DNA of 64,000 nt from Octopus sinensis (lineage: Eukaryota): contig NC_042997.1 in assembly GCF_006345805.1 (NCBI RefSeq), forward strand, positions 203,546,001 to 203,610,000, given 5' to 3'. Positions within the stretch are counted from its first letter, which is position 1. The number at the start of each line of letters is the position of its first letter. The position numbers were made by a program, and so were the translations under genes. Shown one piece after another: positions 39,735 through 51,897 of this stretch. Under the pieces are notes generated by a model. It had not been told where the DNA came from, searched no databases, and worked only from the letters and a program-made list of their open reading frames with translations.

Positions 39735-40159
39735 TTTTGAATTTCTTCCTATAATGATATTGTAGACTTGAGATATTTGCCTTGCCTCAATGTTTGACAT
39801 CCTCTTTAAACATTATATAATATATATATATATATATATGAATTTATGTATGTTCATGTATGTATATATATATATATATAATATATATATATATATGCAT
39901 GCCTTTGTGCCTATATGTATACAGACATATAAGTATGCACAATTGCATTTATGCATGTGTGTGCATGTATATGTCTATGTATGTATGCATATATGTACGT
40001 TTCTCTATCATTTTATTTTACTTCCTTAATTTCTCACCAATGGAGAAGTTTCTAGCCCAGAGTAAGGCTTTTTTATAGGAATTAAGGCATCAATGACATA
40101 ATTATGAAAGTACACATGTATGTATATATGTATGTATGTATGCATGCATGCATATCATT

Positions 40160-40265
40160 ATTCAGTTTTATGTCAAAATTTCTTTCCAATAGAGAAAGAG
40201 CTGGTTTCTAACCTAGATCCAAAGCTTCTTCATTGGAATTTCAACATCAACAACAGGGTATTTTT
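40160..40265 (-). mobile_element. Second copy of the ~100-bp 3'-end cassette within (TATG)n
   Basis: Near-identical to 8598-8700. Confidence 0.6.
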
Positions 40266-41215
40266 GCATGCATGCATGTATGTATGTATGTATGTATGTG
40301 TATGTATGTATGTGTGTGTGTGCATGTGTGCATGTGTGTATTATGTATGTATGTATGTTTGTATGTATGCAATGCACGTATGTATGCAACATGATCGAAT
40401 GCTTAAAAAAAGTTTGCTTCACAGTCACATGATCCTGGGCTCAGTTCTATTGTGTGACACCTTGAGCAAGTATCTTTTACCAATGCCTAAGGTTGACCCA
40501 ATCCTTGTGAGTGGAATTGAGTGGATGAAAACTGTACAGAAGGCTATTGGATGAGTAGTATCTGTAATTCAATGGTTCAACCTTAACACTCACTATATCG
40601 TATTGATTTCTACCTGTGGATTACATTAAAAGTGCAGACAAACCTACGAAATACTCAGCCACTTTTATGTTAATTCAATAAGCGGTTCATTTGGTCAAAC
40701 AACTGAATACTAATACTAAATACCAACTGAATATTTATTTACTGAGTAATATTTGCAGGAGTTGATATTTGCTGATATCAAGGTCCAAAGTTTGATTTCA
40801 AATCCTATCTGATTTGAGTGAATATTTTATCCAATTTAGTTAATTTTTCTACAACAGATGTAACTAGTTCAATGAAACATTTTATTGACCTTCTAACCAT
40901 TGTCAATAAGCTTTAAATATGGTATTAAGAAGGGCATCCAATAACAGAAATCATGCTAAAACAGACAGCAAACCTTTGTGCAGTTTTCTGACTTACCAGC
41001 GCCAGTCAAATTGTCCAACCCATGCCAGCATGGAAAACAGATGTTAAATGATGAAACGTCCTTATGTCTAGACCTTAAGAACCATGTAAGACTATTGGGG
41101 GAAGCTGAATTATTTATCTTCTTGAGAGATGAAAGACAAAGGCAGACCTGGCAGGTTCTAAACTCAAAGATGAATTATCATCATAAACTAAATATTGTCA
41201 AACATCTAGACCAAT

Positions 41216-41301
<86 letters not shown>

Positions 41302-42210
41302 ATCACATATCCCATATCTTAAAAAATGGAAGTACACATTGAATAATATAGTTCTAGATAAACTATGTCTGATGGTCATTGTTGGAATGTCTTCAGCAAA
41401 AGTCTGCTTGATCAGAAATTATTAGCAACAACAACAAAATTATGAAATATAAAGATTCTATGCATCTATTTCTATATTTGTGTGTGTGTGTGTGGTGTGT
41501 GTATGTGTGTGTGCACGTGCATGCATGCGTGTGTGTGTGAATAAGTGTGTATGTGTATGTGTGTGTGGATGTCTGTGTTTATATGTGTAAGTATGTATGT
41601 GTGAAAAGAGAATTCACCAGTGTGTGTCTGTAACTTCTGAAATCTGTTTTACTGAGCCTGTTAGTAAATTCTGACAGCTTGCTAGAATGGACAGTTGTTT
41701 AATATATTCATGAAGCCAACAGCTTCAGAGCCATATTATTGATTTCAGCACATTGGGTTTTGGAGATGGAACCAAAAGATTTCTTATTATTCTATTTAAT
41801 GATGTTGTTGTTGTGTTGTTGTTGTTGCTGCTGTTGTTGTTGTTTAAGTCCAGGACAACCCCTGAATCAAGCTGACCCATGATCAAAGTTAATCCAACCA
41901 TGACCACACTGATTTAGTGCGTCTAAGAATACATTATACAACATAAAATTCCTTTACACAGCCTCTATACTTCTATTTTCATTGTTATACTTCTCACATC
42001 ACATTTTGCTGATCGTTAAGAACTATGGGTATTATAGAGTGATTTGAATTTGCACTGCAGACCTGTGGACCAAAATAGCATAGAAACACTACTGAAATTA
42101 CCTTTATTCCAACTGTGAACTATATGTTGGGGTAGACTCCCAGAAGGAAGGAAGATGTATCTATAAACCAAGAAGGCATGCACAGAATATTGTGTTTATT
42201 ACTACAGCGA

Positions 42211-42580
42211 AGGCACAATGGGCCAGTGGTTAGGGCAGTGGACTCGCGGTCATAAGATCGTGGTTTCGATTCCCAGACCAGGTGTTGTGAGTGTTTATTG
42301 AGCAAAAACACTTAAAGCTCCATGAGGCTCCAGCAAGGGGTGGTGGTGAATCCTGCTGTACTCTTTCAGCACAACTTTCTCTCACTCTTTCTTCCTGTTT
42401 CTGTTGTATCTGTATTTCAAAGGGCCAGCCTTGTCACACACTGTGTCACGCTGAATCTCCCCGAGAACTACATTAAGGGTACATGTCTGTGGAATGCTCA
42501 GCCACTTGCATGTTAAATTCATGAGCAGGCTGTTCGATTGGTTGGATCAACTGGAACCCTTATTGTCATAACCAATGAAG
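42211..42580 (+). mobile_element. Full-length tRNA-derived CORE-like SINE
   Basis: A-box-like tgggccagtggtt, B-box ggtttcgattcc, CORE-like ttgagcaaaaacacttaa; 3' part shared with 6181-6310. Confidence 0.8.
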
Positions 42581-43021
42581 TATTACTGCAGACGAAAATT
42601 ATGAATTTAAAGAAAATACTGATGGTCTAAGTTGACAAAAAAAATTGTCTTTTCTTTGTTTTGGATTGTCCCAAATTAATCCTAATTAATCCAAATTAAT
42701 CCTAATTCAGCAAACTTATGATAAGAGATGTTTTAGTCATGGTCATCTCTCCTCTTTTTTGTTTTTTTTTGCATTTGTTACATTTTCCATTGTGTTCTGT
42801 TCTCTTAAAAAACAACAAATTTGAGTAAATTTGGCTGTTATCTCTAGTAGGTTGTGTAGCCTCATCATGTTAAAAGGAGAAACACTCCAAGCTTTTGAGA
42901 TAATTAAAATAAATATAGTTATTTACCTGATGCTAGTACAATAGATGTAATTACCTGTAGACACTAGTACAATAAATGTTCTTATCTGCAGATATTAATG
43001 TAATAAATAAGAATGTAATTA

Positions 43022-43400
43022 TTTACAGATATTAGCGTATAGCAGGGCTTTGGCCAGATTTACACCACTTTGCTTGGATTTCCAGTTATGAGCCACAGCC
43101 TATTCATATAGCAATAAAAGGCACAACCAACCCCTTGTGAGGAGAGAACACTCACAGAAATTTTAAGCAGTCAGTCAGCATTGATTGGCAAGTATCAGCT
43201 AACAGCAGTGAACATCAAAGAAGGGATATGAAAGTTTCCCACCAGTTTGCAACTTGATAGTTTTGGAATGTTTTGTTAGGGGTTATATAAGCTGGTGATT
43301 TGGACTCCACATCAAAATCAACTCACATTCCACATAGAACTTTGTCACTTAGTTTCACGAGATATTTTCTCACCTGTTTCTAATTGTCCTTATACTTTAA
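43022..43400 (-). mobile_element. Possible hAT transposon end with C-terminal dimerisation-domain remnant
   Basis: CAGGGCTTTGG terminus; broken minus frames give NWWE..YP and E.VFS-like pieces. Confidence 0.3.
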
Positions 43401-44171
43401 GAATACATGGTCAACAAAAGTTAATTAGCCTTGTTTAAATGTTGATATCCATCTACCACTCTATTTATCAACTCTTTTTTAAGATCATTCTCAGTATCTT
43501 CCATGTTGTAAATCTTCAAGTATTACCTGCAGATACACAGGAATGTTCATCAACACCTTAATACACATGTAAGGTATAAACAATAAAATTTAATAAATGG
43601 ATGGAAATAAATATTTATTTGTATGGTCATTCTTGTCTGTGAATACAGTTTCTTACCTAATTAGCAATGACATAATAATGACCCCACCCACAAATGCAAT
43701 AGATGTAGTTACCTTCTGATATTAATGTAATAGATGTAAATTATTGGTGGGATAAATATTGCTATTAAAAGGTAGTAGCGCAATAAATGTAGGTATCCAT
43801 TAGCATATTAGTTCAACTTAAATTGCCGCAAGTTAGTGACTCAAGGGAAACTGTGAACAGAAAGAATTTCAATTGGAAGTAGTTATGGGAGGAAGAACTG
43901 GATAAATGTGGTCTTAAGTTCAAATTGAAGGGTTAGCCTCAAAATAAATGTAATATTTTGTTTGTTTCAATTTGTCTGGCTGAAAAGAAACTGGTTCTAT
44001 GTACTCCTACTACATAATTGAGTGGTTAGTGGTGGAAATGACATCAAGCTTTAAAACTTATTGATCCAACAAAAGTAACCTTATCCATTAGTAGAATATA
44101 TAAAGATATCTAAGAACAGGGAAAAAAGTTATAAGCAATAGAGAACTCAATGCTAGAAGACAAGTACAATA

Positions 44172-44208
<37 letters not shown>

Positions 44209-44256
44209 TTTCAGCTCAGAGCTGCGGTCATGCTGATGCACTGCCGTTATATATAT

Positions 44257-44471
44257 AAGAAATTAAAGAAGGAAAATGCATATATTTTTAATATATTTTA
44301 TATAGTTTTTGTCGACCAGTTTTTTTTTTATGGACAAAAAGATTTTTCTTAAGAAAATACATAAATAATTTTAATGTCATGATTAGCAAAAGCGAAACTG
44401 GTTGACAAACACAATATAAAATATATTAAAACTACATAAAGTGTGTGCATTTTCCTTCTTTAATTTCCTTT
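44257..44471. mobile_element. MITE with ~70-bp imperfect TIRs in TA context
   Basis: gaaattaaagaaggaaaatgca...ttgtcgaccagttt versus aaactggttgacaa...tgcattttccttctttaatttc. Confidence 0.75.
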
Positions 44472-44905
44472 ATATATATTACAACTCACCACATGGAGAT
44501 AATCGAAATTCCTCCCTTTCTGTCACTATATATACATATATTTATATATATATATATATATAATGTGCAAATCTACAAGAGCCAAGAGGATGTATGCATG
44601 GAATGCATACATTTGTATAAAATAGAAAAAAAGAATGGGTGTATAACATTTCGAGTATGGCTCTTTGTCAGAAAGAGGAGAGAAGAAAGGTCCAGAGAAG
44701 GGAAAAAGTTCAAGAAGTGCATATAAATATATGCACTCTGTTGGGTGGTTGCTGTTAATAAGGGCATCCAGCAATTAAAAAACAACATGCTATATCAGAC
44801 ACTGAAGCCTGGTGCAGTCTTCTGCCTAACTAGCTTCTGTCAAACCATCAAACCCATGCCAGCATGGAAAGCATAAATGATGATGATCATGATGACGTGT
44901 GTGTG

Positions 44906-44953
<48 letters not shown>

Positions 44954-45109
44954 TGAGCATATATGTGAGTGTAGTGTGTATGTATGTATGTATGTATGTT
45001 CATTCGATCTTTCAGCAGGTCTTGCTCTTAATCCTGCTGAGTTTCTTAGCAACCCTCCTCATCAGAGTAGACTGGTGGGGGTGCCAGTTTAGTCGATAAC
45101 AACACGACC

Positions 45110-48100
45110 ATGTTACCAGTAGCATTTATGAGAGCCTCATAAGTGACCTGACAAATACCCAACAGAGAGCTATACTTAGGAAAATCCCCAATTCTGATAA
45201 AATCATTCTACTGGGGGATTTCAATGCCAGGGTCGGAACAGACTGGCAAACATGAAGCTCTCTAGGACTTTTTGGTGTAGGGAAAATGAATAGCAATGGT
45301 CTCATGCTGCTGGAGCTTTGCAATGAACATGGAATTTACATTGCAAGCACTCATTATATGCACAAAGGTAATCACAACAATGTGGATGCATCCAAGGTCT
45401 AAAGTTTGGCACTTGCTGGATTATGTCATCATCCGTAAGTATGACATCTATGACTTTTGTAATGTCAAGTCCTTTCATGGATCACAATGCTGGATAGACC
45501 ACAGTCTGATGCAAGCAAAGTTTTGGATGATGATTAGAGTGAAAGAGAGAAGAGGACCAGTTGACATTCCTTGGTGACTGAATGTCCACAAGACATATGA
45601 TGCTGTGTTGAGGAAAGAGCTCGAGACTCACTAGTCCAGCATTGAAAATTCTACAGTATGGGAAGATTTTCAAGACCAGCTCCTTCAATATGCAGCTGAA
45701 TCACTGGGATATGCTACTGCCAGATACAGAGACTGGTTTGATGAAAATGATGCTAAGGTTCAGCAACTATTGGTTGTAAAGCACCATGCCCACAATGTAT
45801 TGCTGCACAGAGGACTTTCAGCTGTGCAGTGAAATCTAGCACTTGCCCACTATAACAGTGTAAAATCACTACTGCAGCAATCTCTCAGGAAGATGCAGAA
45901 CACTTGGTGGGAGGATCTTGCTCATGACGTTCAGGCTGCTGCTGATGCAAATGACAGCAAGAAGCTTTACCATCCTATGAAGCAAGTTTATTGGCCTCAG
46001 AGCTCTACATCACCTCTTTTGCTTTCCCCGGAGTTTCTACTTTATTTACTAAATCAACAGAAATCACAGGTCACTGAAGTGAACACTTCTCTGAACTCCT
46101 GAATTATGAGTCAGTTGTGATTGAAACAGTGATTGATACTATGCAACAAAGACCTACCATTGGCTCCTTAAATTCCACACCCTCAACAGATGAGATAATG
46201 ACAGTAATAAGTAACTTGAATCTTGGTAAGGCACCTGTAAGGGATGGAATTTGTGCTGAGGTCTTGCAATTTGGTGGTGATTGCATCATACACAGTCCCT
46301 TCATGAACTTATTAGCGTAGTCTGGAGGGATGGTGCAATGCCTAGGGACTGAAAGGATACAATTATTCTTCCTCTTTATAAGGAAAAAGGAGTTAGAATA
46401 TTGTGTGGTAACTACAGAGGTATTGCTCTACTATCAGCTGCTGGCAAGGTTCTGGCAAATATTCTTCTTACCTGCCTGGATGGGTGTCTTGTAAATTATG
46501 TCCTATCTGATTTTCAATGTGGCTTTCGATCTGATAGCAGGACAATGAATATGATTTTCACAGCAAGACAAATGCAGGAGAAGTGTTATGAGCAGAATAT
46601 AGATCTTGAATAGGGCCTTGATATGAAAAATACTTGGCAAACTTGGATGTCCATATCACTTTGTATCTATAATTTCATGATAGGATGGAGGCTTAGATCA
46701 ATGTTGGTGTGGGCATGGCAGGACCTGTAGAGAATGGTGTCAAGCAGGGTGACATCCTTGCCTCAACTCTCTTTTCTTTGTACTTTGCTGCTGCTTTTAC
46801 TCATGCTTTTGCTAAGACTAGCTCTCTGGGAATATATGTCAGATATCAATCTTCTGACCGCCTCTTTAATCTGCTGCCAATTCAGAAGTTTTCTAGTCTC
46901 TTAGTCATGACCTCCTTTATGCAGATGACTGTGACTTAGTCACTCATACAGTGGATGATATGCAAATACTTATGAATTGTATTTCTACATCTTGCAAGGC
47001 ATTTGGACTCAGCATTAGCCTGGACAAGACTTTTGTAATGTTCCAGCCTGCACCAGGAAATCTATATGTAGAACTAACTATCTTGGTTGAAGGAACACTA
47101 CTGAAAGTGGTAGACAAGTTTGTCTACCTGGGCAGCACACTCAGCCGTTCTTGCTCTCTAGATCATAGGGTGACATGTCATGCTTGAGGAGACCTAATGA
47201 GTCAGGTACATCCAAATCAAATTAAATCACAATCAAATGGAAATTGTAGTTGTGATCCCCATGCCGGTGGCACGTATAAAGCACCAACCGAATATGGTCG
47301 ATGCCAGCACTGCCTTGACTGGTTTCTGTGCCCGTGGAATGTAAAAAGCACCATCTGATCATGGCTATTGCCAGCCCCCTCTGGCCTCTGTGCCAGTGGC
47401 AAGTAAAAAAGTACCTGCTACACTCTCGGAGTGGATGGCATTAGGAAGGGCATCCAGCTGTAGAAACACTGTCTGATGAGACTGGAGCCTAATGCAGCCT
47501 CCTGGCTTCTCAGACACTAGTCAAACCGTCCAACTCATGCCAGCATGGAAAATGAACTTTAAACGATGATGCTGCAGAGAGCAACTGATTCCTTCTGGTC
47601 TTTTGAATTTTGTGTCTGGTCCTAGCATGCCATCACAAGGTAAACAAAAATTGCTGTGTACTGTGTATGTATACTGACATCATTCCTTTATTCATGTCAG
47701 ACATGTATCCTTTACAAACGTCATGTAAAGGTCCTTGAACGTTTTCATCAGAGATGTCTGAGAACATCCTGAATATTGACTCAACCTTAAAAACTCCAGA
47801 CATACAGGTCCTGAAGAAAGCTGATGTCTTAAGTATTGAGGCAATGGTGCACAAGCACCAGTTACGTTGGACTGGACACCTTATTAGAATGAAGGATAGC
47901 AGGATCCCTAAATAGATGTTATAGGGGGAACTTAATAGTGGGAAGAGGCCCTAGCAGAAACAAAGGACTGTGATTTAAGGACTGTGTCAAGTCCTCATTA
48001 AAGGCTTGTGATATGCAGAAGACTGACTGGGAGAGCAATGCCTGTCATCGCCACAGATAGAGGAAGCCGGTTAAGTAGGGGGTCAACAACTTTGAAAGAG

Positions 48101-48350
48101 CACTATTCTGCATGAAGAATTTAAGTATGCTGCTCGAAAGCACACTGCTAGCATAGTGAATGGGGAAGGCTTGGTTTGCAATGTTTGCAGTTGTGTATGC
48201 TTGTCAAGAGCAGGGCTCATTAGCCACCAACAGAGCCGCAAATGCAAAATATAAGTTAGTCCTAGAGTGCACAATGTTCCTAAAGGTCAGCAATGGTCTT
48301 CCTCGGTCACAAGTGGACAGCCATCATCATGTATGTTTGTGTGTATATTA
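45110..48350 (+). mobile_element. Degenerate RTE-clade LINE, family 2, with C-terminal zinc finger
   Basis: LLGDFNARVG, NSNGLMLL, LLDYVI, NYRGIALLS, GVKQGDILA, YADD (46918-46929), FVYLGS, VCNVC...LISH (48174-48254); 3' end gacagccatcatcat. Confidence 0.85.
47162..47572 (+). mobile_element. RTE family 1 3'UTR/tail inserted into the family 2 LINE
   Basis: Family 2 frame LSRSCSLD is interrupted and resumes as LQRATDSF after the (GAT)n tail. Confidence 0.85.
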
Positions 48351-48433
48351 TCTTAGGTGGATATTCCCTCATTACACTCCAACTATAACTTGGCTCTTCA
48401 GGTAACATTTATAAAATATATAAATTGGAAACA

Positions 48434-48496
<63 letters not shown>

Positions 48497-48738
48497 GTGG
48501 CTCTTACTACTGGGTTTAAACTGTGGAGAATACATTCCCGTTGCAGTTGTGTATACCATGTGACAGTGTTCATTTCGACAGACTTTTATAAACATTTATG
48601 TGTATAACATTGTGTACCAGTGCGTTCATTTAAATTGCATCTTCTTTTCAATGGTTTAATACGTGCACAAGTAAATGTATGCATATATTAACGTGTCACT
48701 GTCTACATACTGAGGTGTATACGTGTCCACATGTATGA

Positions 48739-49530
48739 GTCTACTGGGGCGCCAAACTAGCGATTGCTAAGTATATTTTTGGAACAAGGGAGGTCACTCT
48801 AACTTTACAACTAATTAAACAGTGTCGTTTGAGAATAGAAAATATTAATTGGAGATAGAAATATGTTATCAATTGGGATTTCGTGTTTTCCCCATAGGGA
48901 AATCATTAAGGTTTCTATATAGATAGTTATTAACTAATTAAAGAAATTAGGTCACTTAACTGTATATTATTAATTAGATACGAAATACTGGTAAAAGGCA
49001 ATAACAAAAAACGTGCAAAAAAACCTTAATGACATCTCAAGATGAAATCCCAATAGAACACACATTTCCCTTTCCTTTTCATTTTTATTCATTTTACTCT
49101 CCTGCTAGTATTTCGTTCCTAATTAGTAACAGAGAAAGAAGGATCTAATTTTTTTAATAAATTAATAACTACATACATGAAAACCTTAACGATATCCTAA
49201 AAGGTGGGAAACGCGAAACCCCAAAGGATTTCTGTTTTCAATTGATATTTTCTATTCTCTTTACGTTCCGAGTTCAAATTCCGCTGAGGTCGACTTTGTC
49301 TTTCATCCTTTAGAGGTCGATAAATTAAGCACCAGTTGCGTATTGGGGTCGATCTAACCGACTGGCCCCCTCCCCAAAAATTTGGAAACTTGTACCTAGA
49401 ACAGAAAAGAATATTTTCTATTCTCATCGCCTTTCAAATGGGACTTTTGTTTAATTAATAGTAAAGTTAGAGTGACCTCCCTTTTTTTATAAATATACTT
49501 AGCAACCGATAGGTTTGAACTCCAGAAGAC
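48739..49530. mobile_element. MITE-like element with ~100-bp imperfect TIRs
   Basis: ttgctaagtatattt...agggaggtcactctaactttac...taattaaaca (48760-48820) is inverted at 49445-49505. Confidence 0.75.
49260..49410 (+). mobile_element. 5'-truncated tRNA-SINE with 15-bp TSD
   Basis: TSD atattttctattctc at 49245-49259 and 49411-49425; B box gagttcaaattcc. Confidence 0.85.
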
Positions 49531-50014
49531 ATTTATATACAGTGGCCCGGGAACAAAATTTGCTTAGGGGGTGCAAACTCAGTTCCAAAATTTGGCACTA
49601 CTGGAGAAGTGTGGATCCGAGTTCTGGGAGTGTGCATGTCACAAATTTGCGCATGCGAGCGCGTTAGTCGTAAGTAGTTGATTTTAGCACACAGGTAAAC
49701 AACTAGACGCGCACTACTTGCTGTAAATGGAGGGTGGGTTATCCATCTAACACAAGAAGAAAACTGCAGATAAATTGAATAAAAACATGAAAAATAACAA
49801 AATGATATTTCATTGAAAAGTAAACCATTCTGAAAGATAGTTCAGAATGTTTTCAAAACATTCATCTCCAGCTTTTCCCATATTTTATTAAGGGTTAGGG
49901 TTTAGGAGCTTTTGTTTTTATGACCGGGTCAAACGCTTTAAATTGATCGTTTAGGGTTAGGGGAGTTTAATGTTTTTTACAGTATTCAATGATTATTTTT
50001 CACTTTTATATTCA

Positions 50015-50507
50015 ACTAGCAGTATCGCCCGGCGTTGCTCGGGTTTGTAAGGGAAATAACTATATAAGCATTTTTAGAGAGTTACTTCCCTTATAGATGC
50101 CAATTCGGGCTTTCTTAGCCATTTCTGTTTTGGTGTCTTCAAGCCATGAAGTCGTTGTTCTAAAAGAACGCTGGTCTCCTTGACAACGCTTTACGACGTT
50201 GATTTCCTTACACTCCCTTCCCCACAGCTTCACGAGGGAGGGAAGAAGGGGGAGAAGCAAACAGGTGCAGGTGTGACCATGGACGCCAAAATTATGCATT
50301 AAAATGGAATAAAAAATGATGTTAAGTTATTTTTTAAATCGTAGACTCATCGTAGACGCGCGCTAATACTCAGACGGGCTCGATATGAATCACGACTATA
50401 AGATACCCGAATTTGGTTAAACTGCACCGCAAAATGTGGGAGTAGTTAGGAATCTAAATCGAAGGGGACAGACACTCACACAACTACAGTTTTATATATA
50501 TATAGAT
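50015..50507 (+). mobile_element. Lep1/HINE-like non-autonomous Helitron-type element
   Basis: Starts actagcagtatcgcccggcgttgctcggg and ends acagacactcacacaactacagttttatatatatatagat, the terminal pattern of Lep1-like elements (recalled, not searched). Confidence 0.55.
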
Positions 50508-51559
50508 TTATCTGCAATTTTCTTTTTGTATTACATGGATAACCCCGCTCCATTTACAAGTAGCGCACATCCGCGCGTCTTGTCGTTTGCCCTGTAAGCT
50601 AAAATTGACTACTTACAACTAACACGCGCGCACGTGCAAATTTATTACATGCGCACTCTCAGATCTCAGGTCCACACTTCTGTAGTACTCAAAATTTTTA
50701 CAAACAAGGTAAAATGTTCTGATTTGGGTATTAAATCAAACAAATGTTCAATAATAATAACTTTTATTATTATGAGGATCGACTGAGAAATTAACAGGCT
50801 GACCAATATATTCTCATCGAATGTGACCAAATGAAGTTCATTTTTAAATATTAGAATCTTTTCTGCTCGATTTCATCTTCAGACATTTTTTAATTAAGCG
50901 AAAATTTTCAAATTTGATACATTGGTGTAATATTTCACGTTGAATCTGATGCTATTCACTTATTCCAGAAAAACTTTAGAAAACTGTGACAGAGGTTTAA
51001 AGTTTGATCATTTTTCCTTCAATCAGAGAACAGGATGTGAAAGCTGGCATTTTGTACAAGGTGACAACATTACAATGTTAAAACATTCAACGATGGAAGT
51101 TTTAATAAAGTTTTGTGAAATGTTGGATAAACATACTGTTGGTTTAGTTCATGTGAACAATACACATTTTTGAAACTGGAACAAAATTGAGGCAATTGAA
51201 AAGTGAAAATCAAACAGAAAAGATCATCTACATACTTCTTTCAGCGATTCATTGCTTCGATTGCCTTGGAAAAGAAGCTATCCTGTTAGTTAAACAAGTT
51301 TTCAACAGCTGATAAGACATCATCACTATGATATTGGTTCGTAACCGAGTATTTTTTTTTATATATGTAGGGGATATAGATAATAAGATGAGGTCAAATC
51401 ACTAAAGTAGGGATCATCGGCTGGGATTCTCTCCAATGACTTTACAAAGGTCACCCGGGGCCCCAATTCGTCATGAAACCATTTGGTAGCTGGTATCGAT
51501 ACAAAGTCTATTTATATTTATATATATATCGTATATTTATGAAGAGGGCAAATTTAGCC

Positions 51560-51815
51560 TGTATTACTTAAGCTAGTCGTGACTAGTCGATCCTTACTTT
51601 GTGTTTTTGTGTTTTATTTACTTTGTTTAAAGATATTATTTACTTTGTGTTTTTGTGTTTTATTTACTTTGTTTTAAAATAAAATATTTACTTTGTGTAA
51701 AAAAATCATTTATTTTGTGTTCTATTTACTTTGCTAGGTAGTCGTTGTAGGATCGACTAGTCATGACTAGCTAGCGCGAGTGTGCACACCGGGACCACTC
51801 TTCTTAAGTAGTACC
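51560..51815. mobile_element. GG...CC MITE (Merlin- or MULE-type), copy 1
   Basis: TIR cttaagtagtacc, 9-bp TSD aatttagcc (51551-51559, 51816-51824), internal tttactttgtg tandem repeats. Confidence 0.85.
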
Positions 51816-51856
51816 AATTTAGCCATTTCTCCGTAGATTGAAAAAAAGATGAACAA

Positions 51857-51897
51857 CCTTAATCGATTTTCGAACCTTATTGGGTTCTCATCAGAGG
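51857..51897 (-). ncRNA. Minimal type I hammerhead ribozyme motif, fully paired
   Basis: Minus strand: cct-CTGATGA-gaacc-caataa-ggttc-GAAA-a-tcga-t-TA-agg. Stem I cct/agg, stem II 5 of 5 with G10.1-C11.1, palindromic stem III, UUA cleavage triplet. Confidence 0.85.

Larger units (their letters stand above)
39353..39819. mobile_element. Palindromic (fold-back) element with ~228-bp arms and a 23-nt spacer; probably Penelope-like-element derived
   Basis: 39353-39580 is the reverse complement of 39604-39819 with scattered mismatches; each arm contains a hammerhead motif. Confidence 0.85.

Noticed and set aside
42211-42290. tRNA-like sequence
   Set aside because: It is the head of a SINE with a CORE-like body; no complete cloverleaf.
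44995-45075. Minus-strand CTGATGA...GAAA followed by an 8-bp hairpin
   Set aside because: No stem II closure before GAAA and no UH cleavage triplet or stem I partner; more likely a LINE 3'UTR.
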